Source: Felis catus
Lineage: Eukaryota
Length of the DNA: 64,000 bases
Direction of reading: 5' to 3'
Assembly: GCF_018350175.1 (NCBI RefSeq)
Contig: NC_058368.1
Location: forward strand, 76,696,001-76,760,000
The position numbers and the translations under genes were made by a program. The notes beneath the pieces are model-generated. The model did not search any database. It had not been told where the DNA came from and saw only the letters and a program-made list of their open reading frames with translations. The stretch's first letter is position 1. The number at the start of each line of letters is the position of its first letter. Below, in pieces: positions 36,446 to 47,524 of this stretch.

Positions 36446-36975
36446 ACAGAAGGCCTGACCAAGAGTAACCTCAGTAAACAGACTCACTGCAGAAGTCAGT
36501 GGCCACTAGCCTTGACTCTACACTTGGTCGGCTGTCTAACTCCCTTGACCTTTGCTGATGACTGCAGCTTCAGAATCACAAGAAGGCTGCCGTGCCTCCA
36601 GCCGTCAAATCCAAACCGTGGAGAATGTAGGGTTTTCCTTTCTTGGGTTTCTACTGTTTACCAGAAAAGTATGGTTCTCCCTAGAAACTTACTGCTGCAC
36701 CTCATTGGCCCACAACTATGTTCCAAATCTCCTCCTGACTGTGATGGAGACGAGAAGATTAAGTATTTCATTTTCCAGATGCTACCTGCCTTCTTTCCTG
36801 AATTATAAAGTGCAAGAGACAACACAAAACAAAACCCAAATTCACTCCTGTGGTTTTTTTTTTTCTTTCTTTCTTTCATACCTGGGTAATGGACTTAATA
36901 GTTTCATCAGAAGAATCTAGAATAGTTCTGAACCATGAGATGACCCAATAACTTTTATGATCTGACCCCTCAGGG

Positions 36976-37080
36976 TCTCCAGGTTGGTACCATAAGGTCC
37001 TACCAAATAAAGATAACAATAGTGTCCATTACCTCTACGGTACTTTTCTGTATGTCAACCATTGGGCTTAGCGCTTTACA
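36976..37080 (+). repeat. 105-bp dispersed direct repeat, copy A
   Basis: 103/105 identical to 40622-40726. Confidence 0.97.
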
Positions 37081-38719
37081 TGGTAGCTGAGATACCGTCC
37101 TGTCATCTGATGACAGACTGGCTGTTGGACGCCTATTTTAAGGTTCTGGGTTACAGTTTTGTGATATACTAACTGGATGACATTCTGAGTCTCGGTTCTC
37201 AATCCCGTAAATGAGGAAAACTAGACTATTCCTTTCCCTACAGAATATTAGGGGGTTCAAAAAAAAGTATTCCAAAAGGGTTGTGAACACCTGAAAACGT
37301 TATAGCAAAGACAGGGATTATCATAACCTCCATGTTAAAATTAGTCCGAAAAGAAGAGTTTAAAAAAAAAAAAAGGAACACATGGAGGTCTGTGGCTCAC
37401 TGCCTGTCCTGGGGGCCTTCCTCAGTCCTTTCCAATCTTCTCCAAAACATCAGCCCCCAAATCCTCACGTTGGTCTGTAGAGGCGATGTCACTTTGTCCC
37501 CCTCGGGAGCCCAGCTCCCCATTCCCACCCAGCTCCCTCTCTCTGGCTGGCACCCACCCCCAGGGGCGTTTCATCTGCAAATGTCATGTTGTTTTCATCA
37601 ACAGACTCTGCATGCCTAGAAACAGTCCCCGCTAGGCTGCTGGGAGCTGCCTTTCGTGTCTGAACAGGTTTAGTGGCATGAATCAGTATTCGGTGCTTCC
37701 AAAAATATACACATCTATAGTAAGATAACTGTTCCTCCGTCAGAATATCATGAACATTAGGGGAGACAAATATACTGTCAGATGTAATGACATCCTCCTC
37801 CCAGGTCCCTCATAAAGAAGTATTGAGAACACATAATTGCCCTCAAAAGATGTCTATTTTATGATAATCATTACCTAAATATTACACACTAGAGATTTGT
37901 ACTATTAAAGAGGGCTGAAATTACTCATGAAATATTAGCTGTGTTTTACTTAAGCTCTTTGGACCTAATTCATAAAAATTAATTCACGGTTTGTAAGAGT
38001 GATCTCTTATTCCTTAATAGAATACTTCTGTAATTCATTAAATTCCTTAATGCCATCATCCCTGATCACATACATTTCAATTCTAGTCTTCCAGTATGAA
38101 AAAAAGAAAAAAAGAAAAAACCCGAACTTTCGGCAAGTCGAGGAAACATCAGAGTTTTCAAGCAGGACCCACCTCTCAGAAGATCATGAGAAACTTACAG
38201 AATATGGAGGGGGAGACAAAATGCAACAAAAGTCGACCCAGATATGTCTGGTTTTCAAACACATGTGTGACTATCTGGGAGTAAACCTACATTAAGAAAA
38301 TGTTCATTTTGGAGGAACTGCTCTCAGAACAGACGGGTCCTCTCCGACAAGGGAAGCCCGATTTCTAAACTGTCAAAGCACATCCTAGATTTCCTGGAAT
38401 TGCTTGGCCTTGAGATTTTCATTGTCCTTAAGCTGTTAACAACAAGGGGCTCTGGGTTGTGTGGGGAGACCGTGACCTGCACGCTTCTCAGCTTTGCCTA
38501 AGAGTCTCAGGGACGCCGTACCGTAAAACGTAATTTACGATTTCCCACACTGACGATTCAGTAAGTATTGATTCACATCATCTCCACCTCTGGGCTGTAA
38601 CACCCATGAGGGCAAGGCGTTCCTCTGTCTTGTTGACTTTTGCATCCTTGGCCACGTGATAGAATTTCCATCAGCATATATATTTTTTTCCATCAATATT
38701 TTTAAATCAAAAGCTAACA

Positions 38720-38936
38720 GGGATGCCGGGGTGGCTCCGTCGGTTGAGCCTCTGACTTCAGCTCAGGTCATGATCTCACAGTTTGTGGGTTCGAGCCCCA
38801 TGCCGGGCTCTGTGGTGACAACTCAGAGCCTGGAGGCTGCTTTGGATTCTGCGTCCCCCTTGCTGTCCCTCCCCTGCTCATGCTCGTCTCTCTCTGTTGC
38901 TCAAAAGTGAATAAAGGTTAAAAAAAAATTTTTTTT
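38720..38936 (+). mobile_element. Can-SINE
   Basis: TSD AAAAGCTAACA. Confidence 0.94.
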
Positions 38937-39559
38937 AAAAAGCTAACATATTTTACTAATTCCCTCTTGCCTAACAAGGAGAAATTCAAGTCACCATGCA
39001 TTTGTTGATTTTCCACTAGGAATACTGATAAAGATGGAGAAAATAATCCCTTACATTTATATTATTCTTAAGAGTTTACTAACTTTGTGTGTGTCACAGA
39101 GTGTTGTGCTCACATTAACCCTACGGGGAATTAGGGTCCATTTTCTTCCAGTACTTTGTAAGTAAGGATACTGAGATTCCAGGAAGGGACATAATGCAAA
39201 GCGACCCCACAGTGGGGTAAAAGGCGACAGGGCTGAACGTCAGCACATGTAGACTCTGTATCTATCTGCCACTGTTTACAATGAACAAGTCACTTAATTT
39301 TGGTGTCTTCATTAGAGAAATGATTAGGAACACCATGACGTATTGTTCTCTAAAAAGTATTAGGAAGAAGATGAACAAGACCCTTTCTGGTTAAATCAGC
39401 CTCTGCCGAGAACACTGGTCCTAAGGGACGTGCAGAGAGACGCGTGTATGGTGTCTCCAGGATGTTGCCTTCGGCCACATGGAACAGAATCAGGTTGCAG
39501 GAGCACGAGGAAAGGGGGACAGTTCTCTCACGTGACACCAACCCGGGCTGGGCCAGCCA

Positions 39560-39830
39560 CTGGCCGGGTGAGTCAGGCACTTTCCTGCCTCATCCTTCCA
39601 GGGAGGCCCTTGACCTTCACGGTCCAAGGTGATTACTCCACTTCCCGGCCTCGGGACTCTGTTCCAGGCAGATGGGTGAAGGGCAAATTCTCTTGCTAGC
39701 TCTCAGTATAACCAAAAATTTTACTCAGAAGACTCCCACTTAAATCGCGTTGGCCAGAACTGGATCACATGTTCACCTCCGGCTAACGCGAGTGTGGACT
39801 TGTAAGCGTGTTAGCCTCCTGGACGAGAGT
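39560..39830. mobile_element. Old MLT1 (J/K-like) LTR remnant
   Basis: TTGGCCAGAACTGGATCACATG..CACC motif. Confidence 0.5.
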
Positions 39831-39984
39831 GTGGTTTTCTTCCAAAGGAAGAAAGGTAGAACAGACATTGGCAGGACATCAACAGTACCGATGCACGTGG
39901 CGGAGCGATTGAGGACAGAACGAGGACGGAATTTTTCCAATTATTTTGTGAATCCATACACTGGGGCTCTCAGGGTAAGCGTGC

Positions 39985-40385
39985 GTGAGGGTTGAATTAT
40001 ATCCTCCCTCCCAAAGTCACATGTTGAAATCCTACCTCCCAGGACCTCACATTGTAACCTGTTTTGTTTTGTCAACAAGGCCATTGCCGGTGTAATTAGT
40101 TAAGATGAGGTGATTGGAATGGGTCATAATCTAATATGGCTGCTGTCCTTATAAAAAGGAGAAATTTGGACACAGACACCCATGGAGGGAGAACACCGTA
40201 GGACCATGAAGAGGGCCATCGACCAGCCAAAGAGAGAGGGCTCAAATGGATCCTTCCCTCACAGCCCTGAAAGGAAACCAACACTCCCGACCCCTTGATC
40301 TTACACTTCCAGCCCCTGGCACTCTTGAGACAATAAAGAAACTGTTGTTCGAGCCACCCAGTAGCTTGTCGAGCAAGCTACAACA
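39985..40385 (+). mobile_element. MLT1 (MaLR) solo LTR
   Basis: GGGTTGAATT...CATGTTGAAATCCTA...TAGTTAAGATGAGGT...GTCCTTATAAAAGGAGAAATTTGGACACAGAC...GATCCTTCCCTCACAGCCC. Confidence 0.85.
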
Positions 40386-40621
40386 GGGGGACTACAGTAG
40401 ATATGCTTTCCCATGTTTTTTGACCAGGAGGCACTTTTTCACAAAACACTTGAAAAAAAAATACTGTCCCGCAGAATGTAGTTTTTTTTTTCAATTCCAT
40501 TGAAGTGGAGTCATTTCACCTAAAACCAGGGTGTCTGACATCCCACGGCACTTTGCTTTTGACCGTATCATGTACTGAGTGTTCCATAATAGAGTTTCAG
40601 TACGTGTGTTTCAGTGATTTT

Positions 40622-40726
40622 TCTCCAGGTTGGTACCATAAGGTCCTACCAAATAAAGATAACAATAGTGTCCATTACCTCTTCGGTACTTTTCTGTATG
40701 TCAACCATCGGGCTTAGCGCTTTACA
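40622..40726 (+). repeat. 105-bp dispersed direct repeat, copy B (probable donor)
   Basis: 103/105 identical to 36976-37080; continues into MIR-like sequence. Confidence 0.97.
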
Positions 40727-40810
40727 GACATTTTCTTTTCTAACCATCACGAAAGAACAATGAAGCAGGTACCACTACCTTTTCCAGTTTACGAATGTGA
40801 AAACTTAACA
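40655..40810 (-). mobile_element. MIR remnant
   Basis: AATAGTGTCCATT..GTACTT..TGTATGTCA...TAGCGCTTTACA...TTTACGAATGTGAAAACT, resembling a reverse-strand MIR core. Confidence 0.6.
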
Positions 40811-41502
40811 TATAAACAGCTTCTTGACACTGAGTGTAGATTGTTGTTGATTCTTTAAATAAACTTCTTTATTAAAGTGTAACCAACCTAATGAAAAGCA
40901 CACGAATCGCAAGCGTGCAGCCCAATGGATTTTCACAAAGCAAAACCACATCTATGCAAATGCCACGAGACCAACACATAGAATATCGCGAACACCCTCC
41001 TTTCCAAAGATTAACACCATCCTGACCTCTGTTGCCGTAGAATACTTTTACTGGTTTTAGACTTTAAATAATATACCCTGCGCTCTTTTGGGGCAGATCA
41101 GATCTTTCTTTTCTTTTTCCTTGTTTTTACTATGATTAGAAAAAGTAAGACAATCCTATGGAGTAGCAATGATACTCTGACTCTGTACCCAAGAGAAACT
41201 CATACATATGTACCCCAGATGCACATACAAAAACCTTTCGTAGAAAGACTATTTGTAATAGCCAAACCTGGAAACAGTCCAACAGACCAGCCTTGCCCTG
41301 ACACCCAAACCAGACAAAAATATTACAAGGAGAGAAAACCACACTACCCCTCATTAACAAAGGGATTAACAATTACCAAATCAAACACAGCAATATATGG
41401 AAACAATAATACTACAACCAACTGTGGTTTATCTCAAGAATGCAAAGTTGGTTCAATATCTGAAACTCAATCAGTATAACCTACACTGTATTAAAAGTCT
41501 AA

Positions 41503-41528
41503 ACACACACACACACACACACACACAC
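41503..41528. repeat. (AC)13 microsatellite
   Basis: Dinucleotide run. Confidence 0.95.
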
Positions 41529-41926
41529 CCCACATGATTATATCGATTGATGGAGAAAAAAATTTTGACAAAATTCAACAACCATTCATAATTTAAACAC
41601 AGGGAAAAAAGAAAAAGAAAACCTCTTAGTAAACTAGAAATACAAGGGAATGTCTGATAAAAGACAACAACCAGAGCAAGTAAACAATCAGGAACAACTT
41701 TAGTTAAAACTGTACTTGATGATGAAAGACCAACTATTTTCCCCGTAAGACTGGGGACAAGTCAAGGGTGCATTCTCTCACTACTCCACTCAACATCATC
41801 CTGGAGGGCCTACTCAGCCCAATAACATAAGAAAAAGAACTACAAAGCATACAGATTCTAAAGGAATGAAAAAAACTCTCCCTAATTGCAGATGATACGA
41901 TTGTCTTTTTTAAAAGTTCCAAGGAA

Positions 41927-42146
41927 TTTTTTTATTTTTTTAAAATGTTTTATTTATTTTTGAGACAGAGAGAGACAGAGCATGAGCAGGGGAGGGGCAG
42001 AGAGAGGAGGAGACACAGAAGCCGAAGCAGGCTCCAGGTTCTGAGCTGTCAGCACAGAGCCCGAAGTGGGGCTCGAACTCACAAACCGCGAGATCATGAC
42101 CTGAGCCAAAGTCAGATGCTTAACCGACCGAGCCACCCAGGCGCCC
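41927..42146 (-). mobile_element. Can-SINE
   Basis: Full length; TSD-like AAGGAAT.TTTT. Confidence 0.95.
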
Positions 42147-42178
42147 AAAGGAATCTTTTTTAAAAAAACAGCCTCCTA

Positions 42179-42405
42179 GGGGTGCCTGGGTGGCTCGGTC
42201 GGTTAAGCATCCAACTTTGGCTCAGGGCATGATCTCATGAACTCGGTGAGTTTGAGCCCCACGTTGGGCTCTGTGATGACAGCTCGGAGCCTGGAGCCTG
42301 CTTCGGCTTCTGTGTCTCCCCCTCTCTCTGCCCCTCCCCTGCTCATGCTCTCTCTCTGTCTCAAAAATAAATTTTAAAAAAATTTCTAAAAATTAAAGAA
42401 AAAAA
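42179..42405 (+). mobile_element. Can-SINE
   Basis: Full length; TSD AGCCTCCTAG. Confidence 0.95.
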
Positions 42406-42997
42406 GCCTCCTAGAATGAAAAAGTGAATTTTGTAAGACTGTACGGTACAAGACCAACACACAAAATTTAGTTGCATTTCTATACACTAGCAACAAACAA
42501 TTGGAAACTAGAATTTCAAAAAGCAATAGCATTTCCGAAGACCCAATTTCTTATAAAATCACACACACTGAACCATATCATCCAGCAACCCCACTCCTAG
42601 GTATTTATGCTAGAGAAACTGAAAGTTATTTTCACATAGAAACTTGAACACAAATGTTTACAGTAGGCCTGTCCATAATCGTCAACAACTCACAACAATC
42701 CAGATGTCCTCCAACAGGAAACCACTTCTTGCGCATCCGCACAATGGAATACTACTTAGCAATGAAAAGGTACGACCCAGGGGTACACACAACTTGGGTG
42801 AATCTCAAAGCCACGAACGTGTGCAAAGGCCATTAAGCCATTAAGTTGGGTACAAGAAGCCGGTCTCAGAAGGGTTTTGCGCTGCATGGTTCCACTTCCT
42901 TGTCATTCTCAAAAGGACAAAATACATAGTCATGGCACCTCCCAGGTCAGTGGTTGCCAGGGGTGACGGTGGGTGTGACTAGAAATCGGTAGCTCGG

Positions 42998-43214
42998 GGG
43001 GCGCCTGGGTGGCGCAGTCGGTTAAGCGTCCGACTTCAGCCAGGTCACGATCTCGCGGCCCGTGAGTTCGAGCCCCGCATCGGGCTCTGGGCTGACGGCT
43101 CAGAGCCTGGAGCCTGTTTCCGATTCTGTGTCTCCCTCTCTCTCTGCCCCTCCCCCGTTCATGCTCTGTCTCTCTCTGTCCCAAAAATAAATAAACGTTA
43201 AAAAAAAAAAAAAA
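42998..43214 (+). mobile_element. Young felid SINEC_Fc-type SINE
   Basis: Diagnostic motifs; perfect TSD AGAAATCGGTAGCTCGGG. Confidence 0.97.
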
Positions 43215-43919
43215 AGAAATCGGTAGCTCGGGAAAGTTTGGGGAGAGGTGCAATTGTTCTGTAGGTGATGCAGGTGATGGTTACACAATCTATACCCGTG
43301 CTAAAATGCATAGACCAAAATAACGAAAGCTCTACTTTGCTGTATATTAACTCAAACAATAAAATTTTACACATTTGCCATGTGTGCCTATTTAATGGGG
43401 CCATCGCGCAGAGTGAGAAAAGTAGACGGTACAAAACCCAAGCAACGATGCCTCTGCGACTCGGCATAGTCTTAAACATTTCAGGGGCAGGGCTCTCCTT
43501 CCCGCCACCTCCTTCCAGCCCACAAACTCATTCTGCCATTCGTTCAATGATCCCAGCATTTTCACCGGTAAGAATTAACATTATTTGCCTTAAAATATTT
43601 TAAATTAATCAACTCATTTGGTTTGGCCTTGCGCACCTATTCCCCGGAAAGGAGTAATATTTTAAGTATTAACATCCATTTCCACCTTCCCTGGAAGAGG
43701 TTTAAATGATTATTATACTAGCTAGCCTGGTCCCTTGTCTACAAAGTGACCAGAAATGTTCTGGAGTCCAGGAAAGAATCGAGCTCGGATCTAAAGCAAA
43801 AGAAAACGAGATGTGAAGGGCACTTGGACGCTCAGGGCCCTTCGGGGAACAGCAGGGACAAAAACAAGAGAGTCTGGGGCTCATGACACGCGTCCAGCCG
43901 ATCTCACCCCCTTACTGCT

Positions 43920-44680
43920 TCCTCTTAAGTCCTTTTCACATCAGTGTACGGAGCTCTGTATCTTTTACAGATGACTGTATAACATCCCAATGTAAGTATT
44001 TACATTTTTTTACACAATAACAGGCGTTTGGATCGACTCGAATGCTTTATCATTACAAACAATTCCTGCGATTTAGATAGTCTTGTTTATGCGGTCGTAC
44101 CAGAGCTTGTATAGGATCATTCCTAAAATTGGAACCACTAGAATCATTCAGAGCTGGGACTATTTTAAATTATAATAGATATTGCCAAATTATTCTTCAG
44201 CAGACTTATATTAATTTGCACATCTATCAATAACATATGAGACTGCCTGTTTCCCCAACCTGCCCCCCACCACCGCCACGGTAGAGAGTGATCAAATTTA
44301 TACATTCGCATCTGTCTTTCCAAGTCAAAATATGTCTTTTGTATGGATTTGATTTTTCTGAAACTTAGCATATTTTATATTGGATATTCTTCTTAGTGTA
44401 TGAAATATGCGCTTCTATGATTTATCCATTTTTCTGTGGGCATGTTTGATTGCAGACATTTAAACCTCTTTGCATATCACAAATAGTAATTGTTCTCAAT
44501 GACGTTTCAGTATTTGTTTCCAGTTCTTCTTTTGTATTTCGACCTTTCGTAGTTTTTTCGCATGGAATTTAAATTTTCCTTGGAGTCAACTTGATCAATT
44601 TTTTTTATGGGCTTCATGATCTGCTTAAAATGTCTTCCTTACGCAGTTTAGAGCAACAATAAGCATCCATTTCAGCGGTT
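43920..44680 (-). mobile_element. Very old L1ME-type remnant
   Basis: ATTACAAACAAT..TGC, ATTCCTAAAATTGGAA, GATATTGCCAAATT, CCCATTTTCT-like reverse L1 motifs. Confidence 0.6.
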
Positions 44681-45275
44681 TGGTTAGCTATTTTTCTTCT
44701 TTTCTTTCTTTCTTTCTTTTTTTTTTTTTTTTTGAGTGGAGATTTGAATGCTATTGTACCCCCAGGGCTCCCAGCTTGTCCCAGGGAGTGCTAGACTGGT
44801 CCCTGCCTCAGTGCAAGGCCCAGGTAAGAGAGTGGATGTTTCCCCGTCGAAGCCGAGGTAACCTCGAGACATTATCAATTGGCTGAGTGAAGAAAAACTT
44901 GTTCCCAAGGCAACACATACTTGGGGCCCCAGCACACCCTCTCAAGTATGATCTTCACTCTCTCTAGTCTAGTCACTAGACTTTTTACCAGTTGGAGACC
45001 AAATCATCACTTGGCCCAGAATTCCACAGCCTCCAAAACAGTAAAGAAAAGCAGGTGGGGGGCAAACAAAAGCCCAGGTGCATAGGGCTATGTGGCTTGT
45101 GTACATGTAGGTGTTCACGTGCCTTTGTGCACACCCTTGCAGCTTACCCTTTCTCTTGTTTCAGTGAGTCTTAGTTGCGAGAAGATCCCTGCCAAAGTCA
45201 TCCTATTTCAAAGAGCTGAAGAATTTGGACAGGAATAGTTGAATCACTGGCCATAATCATATGAAACTTCCTTAC

Positions 45276-45412
45276 GTCCCATAGTAGGATTTCTCTTGGT
45301 TTCTTGGTAATCGCATAATCCTAGAACAGCTTCTTGAAAACCGGCCTCCGTCTGCTTGGGCTCATACGTTGCAGAGGGAGTCACATCTCGGTCATTAGGG
45401 CTTTCAGAGAAC
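45276..45412 (-). other. Candidate internal exon (137 nt), unknown transcript
   Basis: ctcacagccctcttcctgtag| acceptor with branch-like CTCAC; GAC|gtaagg donor; one open frame (FSESPNDRDVT...NPTMG). Confidence 0.25.
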
Positions 45413-47388
45413 CTACAGGAAGAGGGCTGTGAGTTCACGGGTCAAAGGGTCCAGATTTGAAACAGAGTTTAGCTTTTTCTTCCTGCTTCAGCCCAGCGGG
45501 GGTGTGTTTCCCATGAGAGGCTTGTTTTTTTTTAAGAATAGCCATAGTAACTGGGTCATCTGGTAGAGAATTAGTCAAATCTCCCCAGGAAGTGTTAATT
45601 TAGTGCAAATGACCGGACCCTGGATGGGCGGATCACAGAGCCAACCACCCCCCTCCCGTTCTTCAAGATGAGACACAGTAGGACTCGGCAAAAAAAAATA
45701 ATTTGTGATGAGCATTTACCACATAAAAACACTTTGTAGTTGTTATTTTTAAAGCCCCAAGCTTTCAAGAGGAAAGACTTGTTTTCTTAAGAAAGATGAA
45801 CAGCAAAATGCCTGGGCGGTGATGGCCAAAGTGAACATTCTGAGGGATTACACAGTCCCTTCTCAACACGTAGGGACACAGGAGACTTTCCTGCGTTTAT
45901 TTGGGAAAGAGCACTAAAAGCGAGGAGATTATAGTTGTTTGAGATAACACCAGAAAATTGTTTATTTAACAGAAGGAAAGCATTGCGAAGGAGTGATGCT
46001 ATTATTTTGATCCTTAGGATGAAAAATTAGTAATCAACAACAAAAAATATGAATAAAAGAAAAGGCCGTATACCTAATTAGTTTGAATACATTTAATTTG
46101 TAGCTTAAAACTAAAGCTATTAGTGAATTTAATGGTGGTTCTACCTCCTGATAAATTGCTGTGTAGGCCAAATACATATTCCATTAGCTGTGATAACTCT
46201 AGGTTAGAATCTTTGGATTAATTGGATTCATTTGAGTTTACCTTCTAAGAATATCTATTTAGAGTCTAGGTATTAATCCTTTATACTTTTAGATGGTTTA
46301 ATATGTAATTAAAGCAAATGTACATTAATCCTCTTAGACTGGTTTTTCCAGAAATAGACAATGGCGACAGATTGTATACAGCACGACGCCTGAACATCTT
46401 TGTAAGAGTTGAGCAAATGGTCGATGACAACCTTGAAACTTTCTGCAACTGCTGCTGTTTGTCACATCCGAAATGTTTTTGTTCGAGAAGATTTTTGGTT
46501 TTTCGCACATCACCCAGTTGTCTGGATTCCGGGGCCTCGGCGTCTGTTCCGCGGAGAATGTCTTCAGCCGGAGCGGCACATAGACTGGCCGGTGGAAAAT
46601 CAGTGAGTACGCGATGGGGTCCGTTCGCTCTCTCCTGGCTGACGTCGGAAGCCAAGGGTCTTTTCTTAAAAGCACAGGACGCGGCGGCCTCAGAGGAAGG
46701 CGTGTGTGAGGGCTGTCACACACGCAAAAGAGTGCCCTCTTTTGCACTCTCTTCCAAACCTGTGACCTGCAGGGGGGCCACGCTGACAAGTCAGTTCCTC
46801 AGGCCTCTCCCAGGCCACTCAAGGGCAACCAGGAAGAAGAAAGGCCAGTTCTGAAAAAGGGAGCGACTCCCTCACGCCCAGGGCACCCATCCCCACTGCG
46901 TGGCTGTGGCCCACCTGCAGGCCGTGCACCACACCCCCACGCACGCGCAGTCTCTCTGTGGCGTCCGAGTTCACGGCCCAGTTTCAGCAGAACAGAAGAG
47001 CTTTGGCATTTCCTCAAGCCACCAACTGAGATTGAACTTGATCTGGATACAAAAACACAAAACGAAAAAAAAGCTCTACTGAGAGCAGCTTTTAGGGGGA
47101 GAGCGGGGGGCAGAGCCCTGTCTGGAGCCCCCTCCGTGCCTCGGAACCCAGCACGTGACAGCTCAGGCTCTGGGCAGCGTTGGCTTCTGAGCCAGGGGCC
47201 ACAACAGGGCGTCACGGTCGTCATTTATGGCCGTTGCAGGTATAGTGGCAGAAAATCACCATCGCGTCTAGATGAAATGGCAGAACGGGTTGATAACAAA
47301 ACCACACGCTTTCTGGTACCCGATAAAAAGGATTCAAACGCTAAGAAAACAGGCGAACTTCACTTTAACAACAGAGACGGATCCCTTG

Positions 47389-47524
47389 CCTACCTGTACT
47401 CCCAATGCCAGAAATACCAATTAATATCAAAAGATAGGGAACTGATTTGTCCTTAACCTGCTTGTACTCGCAATGCCAGAAAGGCCGGTTAATATCAAAG
47501 ATAGGAAACTGATTTGCTTCTTAA
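47389..47524 (+). repeat. 68-bp diverged tandem duplication
   Basis: TGTACTC.CAATGCCAGAAA....TTAATATCAAA.GATAGG.AACTGATTTG..CTTAA twice. Confidence 0.92.

Larger units (their letters stand above)
41130..43360 (+). mobile_element. Old L1M ORF2/3' fragments interrupted by three SINEs
   Basis: AAGAATGCAAAGTTGGTTCAA, TTTGACAAAATTCAACA, CTCACTACTCC..TCAACAT, CCAGCAACCCCACTCCTAGGTATTTA. Confidence 0.8.

Noticed and set aside
44966..44982. Hairpin AGTCTAGT-C-ACTAGACT
   Set aside because: An 8-bp arm at a fixed spacer is expected about once by chance in 64 kb.
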